In this document: piece after piece, positions 39,701-52,492 of the stretch | How the letters are laid out: every line of letters starts with the position of its first letter | Position numbering within the stretch: the stretch's first letter is position 1 | Assembly (NCBI RefSeq): GCF_018350175.1 | Contig: NC_058368.1 | Span: 26,786,001 to 26,850,000 of the forward strand | DNA: 64,000 bases | Source: Felis catus | Lineage: Eukaryota | Direction of reading: 5' to 3' | Program-made: the position numbers and the translations under genes | Notes under the pieces: generated by a model | Seen by the model: the letters and a program-made list of their open reading frames with translations, nothing else | Databases searched by the model: none | Told to the model about the DNA's origin: nothing

Positions 39701-40616
39701 CTGCTGCTGCTAGTCTCTATTCCCATTATCCCTTGCCTCAGGCCTCTCTCTGCCTTTTCAAAGATGAGCAATTATTTTCAGCTTCAAGAAGGATGCTGCC
39801 CCTTAGGGTCTTTCCAAATGTAATAAATCTGGGAAAGGAGGATGATTTACAGATCAACAGCTACCTGGCAGATACTGTGCGATATTTTGCTGTCAACACC
39901 AAGGGACTGGTAAGAATAGTTTTGCTAGCCACAGAAAATCTGTAAGAAAAAAAGAGGAATCAGAGCCTTCCCCTCCCCTCTTAAAATATTTGCTTATTTC
40001 TTTCTTTCCCATTAGCAGTTAATTCCATTTTTAAAGGCCTACAAAAGAGACAGAAACATACTTGCTTTGTGAACTCTGGTACTTCCTAACTCATTCTGTA
40101 TGTGATTCCTGATCAACATTAACAACAGACTGAATTCCTGGGTTTACGATATTTCCTGGATCCCCAGGTTGAGTGTGTATGTGTGTGTGCGTGGGGGGGG
40201 GGGGGGGGGAGGTGATGTGATTCCACCTGTCAGATTCTACTGAGGACCACCTGAGGCTAAGTCAGTACATGGGAGCTCAGCCTATGTTGTTGCTCCTAAG
40301 TCTCAGGGTAGTACTCACCTCTCACCCTGTAATCAACATACCTACCTTCTCACTTTGCCAGTACTGATAATCTGCCACATTTCAGGAAATGCTTTCTTAT
40401 GCCAGAGCATCCCGAGGTCCCATGCTCATAGCATCTTTTTTTTCTATTTTAATCCCTCTGATAGATTATTGCAATATTTAGAGTGGATTAGTTGGGTCTG
40501 TTTTACCCTGTTGCCTAGATTCAATTCAACTTAATAAGCATTTATGGAATCCTTTCTAAGGACAGGTATAAATGCTGAAGAAGATAAATAAAAAGTTAAG
40601 ACATAATTCAAAATCA

Positions 40617-40838
40617 GGGGCCCCTGGGTGGCTCAGTCCATTAAGCCTCTGACTCTTGATCTCCGCTCAGGTCATGGTCTCATGGTTTGTGAGTTCAAAC
40701 CCTGCGTCAGGCTCTGTGTTAACAGTGTGGAGCCTGCTTGGGATTCTCTCTGTCTCCCTCTCTCTCTCTCTGCACGACTCACTCCAGCATGCATGCTCTC
40801 CCTCCTCCCCCCCCCAAAATAAATAAATAAGCATTAAA
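40617..40838 (+). mobile_element. Can-SINE (older subfamily)
   Basis: ggggcccctgggtggctcag head. Imperfect TSD aaaagttaagacataattca / aaaagttaagatacaattca. Confidence 0.93.
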
Positions 40839-41169
40839 AAAAGTTAAGATACAATTCACAACTGGGTAGATGATTTAAGCACAAAAAGGAATGTAACACA
40901 AGGAAGAGTAAGACAAATGTCTTAGGATACATATATGACATCACTCCTTTACTATTATGCTGTTAGATGTTGGCCATCAGGAACAGGGTGATAATGAGGA
41001 AAATAATGAACAACAGAAAGCAGGAAAGGAGGCTCTAGAAAACACTTCTCCAAAAAATAAGTTCAAATCTCAATTCTAAAAGGGGCCTGTGTTCCTCTGG
41101 CAAAACTGAATCCCTCTGAATAGTGAGCGCTATGGTAGTCAATCAGAGTATTCAGTGTAGAGAAGCCAT

Positions 41170-41745
41170 GATTTATTTTTTAAGACTTTTTAATTTTAAT
41201 TTTATTTTTTAAATGTTTATTTTTGAGAGAGAGAGAGTGTGTGTGAACACTTGTGAATGGGGGAGGGGCAGAGAAAGAGGAGACAGAGATCCAAAGTAGT
41301 TTCTGTGCTCACAGCAGGCAGCCAGATGTGGGGCTTGAACTCATGAACTGTGAGATCATGGCCTGATCCGAAGTCAGATGCTTAACCAACAGAGCCACCC
41401 AGGTGTTCCAAGACTTTTTAAAGAGCAGTTTTAGGTTTATAACAAAACTGAGAGGAAGGTACAGAGATTTCCCATATGTCTCCTGCACTCACACACATAT
41501 AACCTCCTCCATTATCACTCATCAGAGTAGCGCATTTTTTTTTCACCAGGGATGAACCTACACTGACCCATCATAATCCCCCAAAGTCCATAGTTTACCT
41601 TATGGTTCACTCTTGGTGTTGTACATTTGATAGATTTGGACAAATGTATAATGACATGTATCCATCACTATAATATTACACATAGTATTTTTATTGCCCG
41701 AAAAGCTGTGCTCTATTCATTCCCTAATGCTGGCAACTGATCTTT
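41170..41745 (-). mobile_element. L1MC/L1MD-type 3' end with a SINE in its tail
   Basis: aagagcagttttaggtttataacaaaactgagaggaaggtacagagatttccc, ccaaagtccatagtttac. Confidence 0.85.
41194..41409 (-). mobile_element. Can-SINE
   Basis: Antisense copy. TSD aagactttttaa (41182-41193, 41410-41421). Confidence 0.93.
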
Positions 41746-41918
41746 TTTGTTTGTTTTTGTTTAGCTTATTTATTTTGAGAGAGAGAGCACAAACAAGGGA
41801 TGGGCAGAGAGAGAGGGACAGAGAGAATCCCAAGCAGACTCCATACTGTCAGCACAGAGCCCAATCTGGGGCTTGAATTCATGAACCATGAGATCATGAC
41901 CTGAGCTGAAACCAAGAG
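41745..41918 (-). mobile_element. Can-SINE lacking its 5' head
   Basis: Antisense body stops at ctgaaaccaagag. A-box head missing, no TSD. Confidence 0.88.
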
Positions 41919-41919
41919 C

Positions 41920-42968
41920 TGCAAACACATGTTTTACAAATGTACATGGAACATTTACCAGATGTATTAGTTTCCTAGGGTTACCATAATAAAATACCAT
42001 TTTATTTATACAAACTAAGTAACTTAAAAATGACAGAAATTTATTCTCTCACAGATATTGAAAGATAGGCACCCTAATCCAGTATGACCTTATTAGATCT
42101 GCAAAGACCCTCTTTACAAATAAGGCTGTATTCACAGGTACCAGGGTTAGGACCTGAACTATCTTTTGGGGGGACACAAGTCAACCCATAACACCAGATT
42201 AGACCACACTATGGACAAATAAAAAAGTCTTAATAAATTTAAAAAGAATGAAATAATGTAATATATGTACTCTAACTTCAATGGAATTAAATTAAAAATC
42301 AACAACAAAAATGTATTCAGAAAATCTCCAAGTGTTTGGCAGCTAAACAACACACTTTTAAATAACCCATAGGCCAAAGAAGAAATCATAATTGAAATCA
42401 GAAATTAAGCTGAGTGAAAATGAAAACAAGATATTTAAAAATCTGTTGGATCCAGCTGAAGAGTGCTTAAGGAGTATCATATATTTGTATTAAGTGCTTA
42501 TAGTATAGTATATTAGTCAAATAGAAAGACTCAAAATTCATGACTAAAGTCTGTACCTCAAGAAAGTAGAAACAGTATATTAAGACCAAAATAGGGATAA
42601 AAAAGGATTTAAAATGGATACAAACAGAAATTAATGAAATAGAAAGCAGAAAAGCAATAGAGAAAAATCAATGAGACAACAACCAAAAAACCTTGACTTC
42701 TTTAAACAAAATTTAATACAATTAATAAATTCTAGCTGGACTGATCAGGTAAAGAAAATACATAAATTACCAATATCAAGAGTGAAAGATCCTTGCTAAA
42801 GATCATATAGTCATTAAAAGAAAAATTGGGAACAAGTTTATGCCTATAAATTCTACAACTTGGATGAAACCAAAAAATTCCTTGAAATACACAAATAACC
42901 AAAGCTCACCTAAGAATAGCTAGCCTAGATTACCCTTATATATTTTAAAGAAATTGAATTCATAAAGT
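41920..42968 (+). mobile_element. Old L1M ORF2 fragment (endonuclease/linker region)
   Basis: catggaacatttaccaga|ttagaccac, gaattaaattaaaaatcaac, aaagcaatagagaaaatcaatgagac, tacaacttggatgaaa. Confidence 0.85.
41963..42193 (-). mobile_element. MaLR (MLT1-type) solo LTR with internal deletion
   Basis: tgtattagtttcctaggg...tcaacccataaca. Perfect 5-bp TSD ccaga (41958-41962, 42194-42198). Only 231 bp. Confidence 0.9.
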
Positions 42969-44285
42969 TCCAAACACATACAGCATTTTAAGAGTTACCT
43001 TTTATAACTGATTTATATATTTTAATTTTTTCCCCCGTTGCTTTTAACAATCTATTTTTGGTGTTCTGTAGTCTCACTATAATGTTGTCTCTATGTTTTT
43101 TGGCATGGGACTCATTATGTTTCCTAAATTTGAGGATTTATAGCCTTCCTGAATTCTGGAAAATTCTCAGCCATCCTGCCGGAAGTGGAACCTCCACCAT
43201 TCACTCCTTACTTAAGTAGAGTTAGGCTATTTTTGGCCTATTAACTGCAGACCATATTAAGGCATAGGGCTCTTAACTTGCTCAAATTCCAGTTCTCCTA
43301 GGTATTCAATTATTGCGACTCTTTTAAATTTAGACAGACTCTCTCATAAACCACCAATGCCTTGTCTCTAATTAGTGGGTTATTGAAAACCCGCAATCAT
43401 GAAGTAGACACATTCAAGGAACCTGCTGAGTCCCCGCCTCTTCTTTGTGACTGGCCTTTCACCTTCAACCCCTGCTGTTATATTTGTACTGCATTACCTC
43501 TTCTCCATTAATTAAGCAAATTGAAACAAAGATGGGCACCTCACCCAAAATGAGTTCCTTTCTTAGAATTTAGAATGAGAACACATGAGAGGGAGTCACT
43601 TAATGGAAGGCAAAAAGAAAAAGAAACCAAAACAAATGAAGCAGAGGCTTTTTGAAGGAAGGGCACTATAGCAAGGACCAGAAACTCCAACTAGTAGCAT
43701 CCCTAGAACTGACACTCTTCCTAAAAGGATTAAATTCCAATAGATTTGAATCCTAAAATCAAACAAACAAGAAAACCCACCCAATTTACTTAGATAGGTG
43801 GGGTGGAGATATTCTGACTAAATCAGAAAGTCAGTATTCTCACAGTAATCCATTTTCCAGTCATAGGCCCTCAATCTTTGAGCCTGACCATGGGAAAGAA
43901 ATAAAATAAATATATTTCTCACACGATGTTAACAATTTGAGTATTATTAGTGGCTGGTATATTTTTGTCAATTCTACTCTTTATTGATGTATTGCAGAAA
44001 GTAGAAATCGTTCCATGGGAGATTACTATCTTGACATCCTCTTTCCATAACACCAATATTCACTTTTATCAAATAAAACTGTTAATAATGCTGACTATCT
44101 GGACTCTGACTTTTCTACTGCCATAAATAAACTCTTTCAAAATAAATTTATTTTTAACAAAAAATATCTAGCTGCATAGATTTCAAGAACACAAACCACA
44201 CACACTTTTATCTCTTTTAAGTCACTCACTAATTAAATTATTAGTTATTTCCAATTAGTTTTACTATCTATACTTTTCATTATAT

Positions 44286-44358
44286 GTGTGTGTATATATA
44301 TACACATATATACATATATATGTATATATATGTGTGTATATATGTGTGTGTGTGTGTG

Positions 44359-44399
<41 letters not shown>

Positions 44400-44570
44400 T
44401 AAGAGAGTGCAGCAGGGGAGAGAGGCAAAGAGAAAGGGAGAGAAAGAATCTTAGGCAGGTTCCACACCAGTGTGGAGCTGACACGGGGCTCAATCTTCCA
44501 ATCATGAGATCATGACCTGAGCTGAAATCAAGAGTCAGATGCTTAACCAACTAGGCCACCCAGGCACCCC
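44286..44570 (-). mobile_element. Can-SINE whose tail became a (TA)/(TG) microsatellite
   Basis: Antisense SINE body about 44390-44570. TSD tcattatat (44277-44285, 44572-44580) encloses the microsatellite. Confidence 0.9.
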
Positions 44571-45615
44571 ATCATTATATTTTTATAAGATTTGATCCCT
44601 TCTCTGGCAGAAATGCCCCTGGAAAAGTATCAAATAAAAACTAGTACTTGTAGTTGTAAAAGTGTGATTAGCATGGTCATAAGATATTAGAGAATTTCAT
44701 TCAGAGAATTCACTGGAAGGATAATAATTATACATGCTCCTTTTGCCTCCTTTAGATACTAAATGGTCAAGTGCCCTATAGTACTACTGAGACCCATTCC
44801 TGGATCCCAGGTTGATTTGCTCAGTGACCACAATAATGATTTCATTTCCTGTTCTTCAGTCTCAATAAGTAGAAATAATAATTTCACTTCCTATATGGGC
44901 AAGAGTTTTAATAAGAATGTGTTGGTGAGGCAATTTGAGGTCTCAAATAATTAAGAAGCAATTGCTAGGAGTCCTAGAAGAAAAAGGAAGGGTATTCTTA
45001 CTATGAGACATTGAGGAATCTCTGCTTCCACTTCTCTTCAGTGTTGTTGAAATATCAGAAAGGGATGCCCAAACACTGCTGTCAATTTCTAATTATTTCT
45101 CGAATGCAGGAGCAGTTAGGCAAAGACGTGCACACTGATGTTGGAATTAGGGAAAATGAACTAGTTTATATGTGCAAACAAAACTCATACTAAATTCATA
45201 TAATCTAACTGCAGATGAGCACTACATGCTAGGACCACAGTAGAGAGGAGGGAGAAGGCAAAGAAAACACCTTGGTATGGGTGCTTAGAGCCCCAAAGAA
45301 TTCTCTCAGCTAAAGAAAATTACAGTGAGTGCATGCTGGTATTATTCCTACACACACCTGATTCCATCACCCCTTATACTGAAGTCCAACATTCTCATAA
45401 ATGGTTATACATAAAAGAAAACTAAGTAATTGCTTTGCTTTCTTAGGAAGAAAAAACGTAAAAAGTTGTATTCATCACATTTTAAGAGAGTAATAATATC
45501 AAATCATTCTCAATACACAAAATATGTTCTAAATTATCTTTATAAATTACCCTTTAGTCCCAAGTATGGTCCAGTAAGGGGGAAAGGGGAAAAAGGGAGT
45601 GAGGAAGAGGCAAAA

Positions 45616-45618
<3 letters not shown>

Positions 45619-45667
<49 letters not shown>
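45619..45667. repeat. (GA)n microsatellite
   Basis: Seen directly. Confidence 0.97.
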
Positions 45668-45669
<2 letters not shown>

Positions 45670-46247
45670 GAGAAGGAAAAGGAGAAAGGCAGATAGAAAA
45701 TGAAGGAGGTAAAGAGTAACAAAAAGATAGATATACCAATAAAAATAAAAGAGAAACAAGTGAAATGAGTATGGATAACAAACTTAATTTTGGGGGGTAA
45801 AAACTGAAGTAATTATAAAATACCTCTTCCTTCCATTCCCTTTATTTACTGAATTTGTGATGACCTTTTAATTTAAATGTTGACGATAGGGAACATATAA
45901 ACATTTGAATTTTTTAATGTTTTAATTTTTAAGTTATAAAGGATAATAAAAACATAGTTACCTAGAAATTTTCAAATTTTAACAACGTCTTTTTTGACAA
46001 AATATACTAACTTTGCTTCTTGCATTATTTTGAAAGGCATCATGACACAACAGTTCAGAGTTGAAACATAGGAGATGGGGGAAAACTTAGTATATATTTT
46101 TTTAACTTTCAAAGTGCCTATATCTTTTTGATCAGAAAATGGACCCTGAGTTTATATTCAAGGTCATGTCAATTGTAGTCTCTCTGAAACAAAGAAAGGA
46201 AAAAAGATTACTACTTCCCAATGCCTGTGATTTAAAATACCGTGAAA

Positions 46248-46356
46248 TTCTTCTTCTTCCTTTTCCTTCCTTCCTTTCTTCCTTCCTTCCTTCCTTCCTT
46301 CCTTTCCTTCCTTCCTTCCTTCCTTTTCCTTCCATTTTCTTTCTCTCCTTTCTTTC

Positions 46357-46432
<76 letters not shown>

Positions 46433-46434
46433 TC
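46248..46434. repeat. (CTTC)n/(CTTT)n polypyrimidine tract
   Basis: Seen directly. Confidence 0.97.
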
Positions 46435-47219
46435 AAGGGTTAAATTATCAGCCAATCTTATTTTTGCCAAATCAGTCTGTTAGAATGTTAAATCAAATGA
46501 GTAGACAAGGGGTAAAAGTTGCTGGATATTTGGCCATTCATTTCCTATGTTACTCATAGCAGGGATTAGAGCAATACTATTTCTAAAGAAAGTTTGAAGT
46601 CATCAAATAAAATCTGTATCAAAGGTTCCATCCTACATTAAGATCATGCCTAGTGACTACTCAAAATGGTTCAACTATCTAAATTTTCATTTCTTAACAG
46701 GTCAGATTTTCCTGATTTTGTGTTTGTATTAACAAACTATGATATTCTTATTTTGTTACTGTATAAAAATTCTACTATAATGTAGTGGTACTGAGATTTA
46801 GGTACAGATTCTCAGCTCTGCAGAACAGGACACTCAGAGGAGTCTTCCCTTGTAGAGAATGGGGTTCCCCAGGTCAAATTTGGAAGAGGCACTGATTAAT
46901 ATTCTATCTCCTGGACTAATATTTCTCACTTATTTAAATTATGAACTCCCTTTACATTGAAATTTTTAAAATAATCCATATTATTTTATTTTTTTAATAA
47001 AAGCATACAACTAGATATAAATTCTTTATACTTTAAACACTTATACAAATATGAAACCTAAAGAAATGTATACTTATATACTATACATATTAAAACAAAA
47101 TCAGGAAAAATCAAGTTAGCAACATTAATTTAGCTTAATGTATGGTGTTTCTTTCCTGAAAGTAGAATTCTGATGTAGAAAAATCTCAACTCAGATCCAA
47201 TTTTAAAATATACTCTCTC

Positions 47220-47553
47220 TAGATTGGTGGGTTACCAGGGGTTTGGAGGTAGAGGAGATGGGGAGATACCAATCAAAGAGTATAAGCCTTCCGGTATTAG
47301 ATGAGTAAGTCTGGGTATCCAAGTCCAGCACTGTGCCTATAGTTAATAATACTGCATTATGCACTTGAAATTTGCTAAAGAATAGATCTTAAGCATTCTT
47401 ATCACACTCAAATAAAAAATAGTAACCATGTGAGGTGATGGATATGTGGTAATCACTTCACATAGTATATGAATGTCAAATCATCACTTTGTATACTATA
47501 AATACATGCAATGTTGTCAATTATATCCCAATAAACTGAAAAATTTTTTTAAG
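47220..47553 (+). mobile_element. L1MA-type 3' end, 5'-truncated
   Basis: gttaataatactgcatt...gaaatttgctaaagaatagatcttaag. Perfect 16-bp TSD taaaatatactctctc (47204-47219, 47554-47569). Confidence 0.92.
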
Positions 47554-47569
47554 TAAAATATACTCTCTC

Positions 47570-48015
47570 CCACCATGAAAAAGATCAGAGTATACAGGAT
47601 AAAGCCTAACTTCTTGGCATAGCATTCAAGACCCTCCCCATAGACCCCTTTCCAATCTCATTTCTTTCTGTGTCCCCCCACTCACTGTTCACACACTTCC
47701 AACTGGATGACTTCCCATGATGTGCCACCCAGAACCCTGTCCTTGCACCTACCTGTGACTTTGCCCATGCTTTTACCCTCAGTTGCCCACTACCCTCTTC
47801 TCAGCCTCTACCCTCAGTTGCCCACCACCATTCTAATTTTGCTCTCAGATTCAGCTCCAATGCACCTACTTCATAAAGCCATCTTCCAGCTCCCTGGACC
47901 TAACAACTACACTTTCCCCTGAGTTTCCAGAGTGCATTGTTCATACTGTTTCCTATTGCCTGGTATCCTGTTAGCTGTTTATAAATCCGTCTTCTATACT
48001 ATATTGTTAACTTTA
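47570..48015 (+). mobile_element. L2 fragment
   Basis: cttggcatagcattcaagaccctcc, gactttgcccatgct, ctcagattcagctccaatg. Confidence 0.7.
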
Positions 48016-48019
48016 TAAA

Positions 48020-48302
48020 AAATAACAGCTTTATTGAGATTAGTTCACAGATCATATAATTCACCCATTTGAAGTGTGCAATTGAATGATTCTTAGTATA
48101 GTCACAGAGTTGTGCAACCATTACCACAAACAATTTTAGAACATTTTCATTACTGCAAAAAGAAACCCTATACCATTAGCAGTCACTCTGCACTCTGCAC
48201 TCCCTTACCCTCAGCAAACCTTAATTTTCCTTCTTGTCTCTATAGATTTACCTATTCTGCACGTTTCATATAAATGGAACCATCTGATATATGATCTTTT
48301 AC
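48020..48302 (-). mobile_element. L1MB-type 3' end
   Basis: aacagctttattgagat...tcacagagttgtgcaaccattaccac...tagaacattttcat. Confidence 0.88.
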
Positions 48303-48369
48303 ATACTTGTAAGTCTTTAAAAGGCAGAGACAAAGTCTTATTCTTGGAAGAAAGAGTTAATGAGCAGAC

Positions 48370-48603
48370 TATGTGATATAATAGAAAGAGAATGAGTGTG
48401 GAGTTAGACAGACTGGAGTTAAAATCTCAGTTCAGCCATTTACTTGTGTAACTTTGGACAAGTCACTTCATCTCTCTGGGTCTCAGTTTACACATCTGCA
48501 AAAGGAAGACAACTCCTCTCTTGAAAGATCGTTGTGAGGATTAGAAAGAGGATATGCAAAGTTCCCTGAAAAGAATTCGCTCAATAAATGGAAGCTGTTA
48601 TCT
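48370..48603 (+). mobile_element. MIR SINE
   Basis: ggagttagacagactgg...actttggacaagtcacttcatctctctgggtctcagtttacacatctgcaaaagg...gctcaataaatgg. Confidence 0.85.
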
Positions 48604-49782
48604 GTAATTATCTCTGCATATCTACAGTAACTGGCATAGTAAACAGTAACGCAAATTAATGTGTTAATTAATGGATGAGTGATGAAAAATTCTGATGTCT
48701 TTCCTTCAGAGTGTCAATGAACTTTCAACAGCTTAGGGGAAGGACATAGAGTTCCCAGGGCCAAATCTGTCCTGGAAGATCTAAACTAGCCTCCTGTTAT
48801 TTCTCGGTCATTGTTTTGCCTCGCAGACTGGTCAATGAAGAGAGACAACAGAGCCAATAAGCAAATCTAGGATCTGAAATCAGACAGGAAGAAGTTGGGT
48901 TCTGGCCCTGATACTGGCGTTCTGAAGGCGCTTTGAAAAGCAGCTCATCCATCTCAACCTCTAGTTTTCATTTGTTATACACTTCTTCATTAAATAATCA
49001 TTTCTGCTTTCCCTATTACAGGACAAAAGAAATGTGCGTCACACCTGATCACTTAACTCCTCCTAAAGGTAGACCAGGGGTACCATCTGAATCATAAGTA
49101 GAAAAAAGTACAGAAAGGGAAAGGCACAGAACAGGTGTCAATCCAAAGGAAAGATAAGTCCCATTACCATAAAGTCTAAAGATATCCAAATAAATTAAAT
49201 TGAATTAAATCTAGAGATATCCAAATAAAATAGGAACCTACATAACAGCAATAAGGCTCCCTCACAAGAAAGAAAGACACTAATGTATCTATCCAATTCT
49301 CAAAATAAAAGAAAGATATTTTTATCAAAAAGTTATAATAATAATTTTAGTTGAATCATAGTTATATAGAGGATAATGACTGAATCAATGGCCCGAAAGA
49401 AATTGAATAGTGTGCCTTAAAACAAAAAGGATATGCAAGTTATTCAATCTTTACGAGAGAGAAAAATGGTAGGATTTTTTTTTTTAAAGAAAGGGTGTAA
49501 TTTCTAAAAGATGCTAGGGTGAGTTACATGATTTTTCTGTAGGACGTAATTTTTAAAACCATAATCCTGAAAGTCATGGGGATAATTAAGGACATAATGA
49601 CTTCATTGGGCAAATGACTATTGAAGCATGTAGTTTTACCAAAAAAAGATCAAAAAAAAAAAAAAGTAGAAATGCCCTTGGAAACTTTTGCCATTTAAAA
49701 ATTTTTTAAATATATCTAAAGAGCCAGAAAAATTACCTTCAGCTAGATGCAACTATGTGAAATTCAGATAGAGACATCCACT

Positions 49783-49797
49783 TTTTGTCATGCAAAT
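49783..49797 (+). promoter_or_regulatory. SOX-OCT composite motif TTTTGTCATGCAAAT
   Basis: SOX site directly abutting a perfect octamer ATGCAAAT in unique sequence. Motif match only. Confidence 0.45.
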
Positions 49798-51006
49798 GCT
49801 TGAATTGATAAATTCCAGCCCTTACAAGCAGGCTGAGGAAAACTTGAAGTGTTGCCATGAGGTAATATCTATTACTGACATAAAGACAGGCTAAAGCATT
49901 CTCATTTCAAATTGCTCTAACTCTTTAATTTACCCTTTCTCAATAATTTATCCCATGCTGAGGGAATGTTTAACTCCTGATCCAAATAAAGAGGGCCAAC
50001 AAGCCTTTTTATCCACTTATCTTTTTAAGAAAAAGACAAAAAGAAAGATAACGAAAAGAAAATATATTGATTCTTAATAGGTCTAGTTCTTTATACCAGC
50101 GGCCTGCTCACGTATGTTCATAAACAAGTCATTATAAAACCTCAGGCCATCACCTCACCTCCTTTTTGTGTAATCAAATATTCTCTTAGGAGATAGAGGC
50201 AACCTGAACCCTCGTTTCTGTATCAAATGTACACAGACAGGAATAGCTCCTAAAACTCTCTAAGGATATTTGCCCACTGTAAATAAGAAATTCTTTTGAG
50301 TATCTAGAGCTGAAGTTAAGAGTGATGTATATTTTTTTTTCCTCACTATTTTCCAGATTCTATTAGAGGTCTACTGAAGTGTTTTCTAACACATTTAATA
50401 GTGGGAACTCCCTGAAGAACAGGTCCAACTCAGCTCCAAAGCTCATTCATCAAGAAGGGGAAATGTCTGCAGCTTTCACTGGACTTCTGTTTGTGTAAGA
50501 AACGCTCAATACTGAGACGGACTTTCAGAACGAAGCATCCATGGAAGGGATCCCTCTGGTGCTGACAAGCTTGGGAATTGGGAAAGAAGAGGGTAAACTG
50601 AAGCAATAAAATGTTGGCATTTATTATTACATTAACTATAACTGAAGTGAACCAACATCCAGACCCCAAAGAACCAACATGAAACTCACTGCAAGAAACA
50701 AACACAACACAAAATCCTCCAGTATAAAATGATGGCACAGAAAAATTGTTCTGATTCAAGCTTCCTTATCCTTTCTAACATTCGTAATTATCCTGGTTCT
50801 TGCCTAAGCATTAAATGTGCTAGTTTCTGACAGGTCACATAAAATTAAGACTCAGTGGCTGGGTTTGTGTTTGTGCCCTTAACATTCCCCAAAAGTTGTC
50901 AAGAGCCAAAAGTCTACTATCCAAGCTAGTAGTTGCTAGACTCAAGTCCTGGATTCTTTCGGTGACTTGTTACTTTACCCAAGTGAAGAGCTGGTTTCCA
51001 TCTCTC

Positions 51007-51233
51007 TTTTTTTTCTTTTAAGTTTCTTTTTTATTTTTGAGAGAGAGAGAGAGAGAGAGAGAGAGCACAGGAGTAGAGGAGGGTCGAAGAGAGAAGGAGA
51101 GAGAGAATCCCAAGCAGGCTCTCTACTGTCAGCACAGAGCCCAACAAGGAGCTGGAACCCACAAACCGGGAGATCATAACCTGAGTTGAAACCAAGAATC
51201 GGATGCTTAACTGACTGAGCCACACCGGTGCCC
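51007..51233 (-). mobile_element. Can-SINE
   Basis: Antisense copy ending gagccacaccggtgccc. Confidence 0.93.
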
Positions 51234-51951
51234 TAGTCTCTCTCTCTCTCTCTCTCAACATGGTAACAAAACATGGTACCTATAATTTGCCTTAACAGGG
51301 TTATGGTGAATGTTCTGCAAACATTAGCTCATGGATATTCTTCTGCACAAATATGAAGAGCCATTTCATACTAAAACAGTTATTACATACTAGTATTGAT
51401 ATTGAACATTATAGCAATAGCTTATGGTGGCTAACAGAGCTGAAAGTCATAATTATACATACCCTCTAGCCCTCAGGATACTTTATTGATGCCCATAATC
51501 CTTTTTACTTCTCAGGAATAGAAGCCCCAGTAGTCCATTTAGATTTTCCCTTTATCATCACAATAGTTTATATTTACAAAAACTCCATCCACTAAAAGCC
51601 TATGGCCTGTGACTCAGATATTTTTAAAACTGACCAAAGTATCCTCAAGCATCTCAGATCTCTATTATCTCAGAAAGGTTAGTTTGATGGGGAATCTAAG
51701 ACAAATAGTAGAAATGGCAGATTTACAAAGCAGGGGAAAGCATATGTAATCCACTCTGTACCCTTTATCACGGGATTCAATTCACTGAGATGTTGGCTTT
51801 TTGCTGTCTTAAGGAGACAAGGATTCCGGCTCCACATGAGGTATTACACGAATCACTTTTGTGCTCATATTCTGAGGAAGGTTGTATGGAATGACAGGTA
51901 GAGTTTAGGGTTTTAACCCTCTGCCCTAAAAAAAGGTGGGATTTCAGTTTT

Positions 51952-52137
51952 TTGGGTTTTTTAAAAAAAAGTATATTTATTTTGAGAGAAAGAGCATGAG
52001 CAGGGAAGGGGAAGAGATGGAGAGAGAGAGAATCAGCACAGAGCCTGACAAGGATCTCGATATCATGAACTGTGAGATCATGACCTGAGCCAAAATCAAG
52101 AGTCAGACACTTAACTGACTGAGCCACTCAGGCACCT
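51952..52137 (-). mobile_element. Can-SINE with a small internal deletion
   Basis: TSD tgggatttcagtttt (51937-51951, 52138-52152). Confidence 0.93.
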
Positions 52138-52279
52138 TGGGATTTCAGTTTTGATTGTTATATGATATTGGACATTTATCATTTAATCCTTCTTAGACTC
52201 AGTTTCTTATGTATAAAATGAAAATAATAACACTAACCCTAGAGAGTTGTAAATGCTTTTGCTGCATTCATCACATTAA

Positions 52280-52492
52280 CTTTTTTAATGTTTATTTATT
52301 TTCAGAGACAGAAAGAGATAACGGTCATGAGCAGAGGAGGGGCGGGGGAGGGAAGGAGAGAATTCCAAGTAGGTTCCATGCCCAGTGTGGATCCCAACTC
52401 AGGCTCAATCTCATGCTTGTGAGATCGTGACCTGAGACTGGAGACGAAATCAAAAGTCAGACAGTTAACCAACTGAGTCACCCAGACGCCCT
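52280..52492 (-). mobile_element. Can-SINE
   Basis: TSD tcatcacattaa / tcatcacactaa (52268-52279, 52493-52504). Confidence 0.92.

Noticed and set aside
39226..39713. Overlapping plus-strand ORFs of 77-129 aa
   Set aside because: Two are extended by microsatellite sequence, and none resembles a protein I recognise.
40300..40350. Isolated consensus donors (minus GAG|gtgagt near 40319; also plus near 30437 and 36132, minus near 58551)
   Set aside because: No convincing partner acceptor. Lone donor matches are common by chance.
45430..46559. Low-complexity ORFs (RERE, KERK, FLSF)
   Set aside because: Translations of GA and CTTT microsatellites.
50430..50759. 109-aa minus-strand ORF in unique sequence
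   Set aside because: Non-ATG start, no recognisable homology and no flanking minus-strand splice pair.
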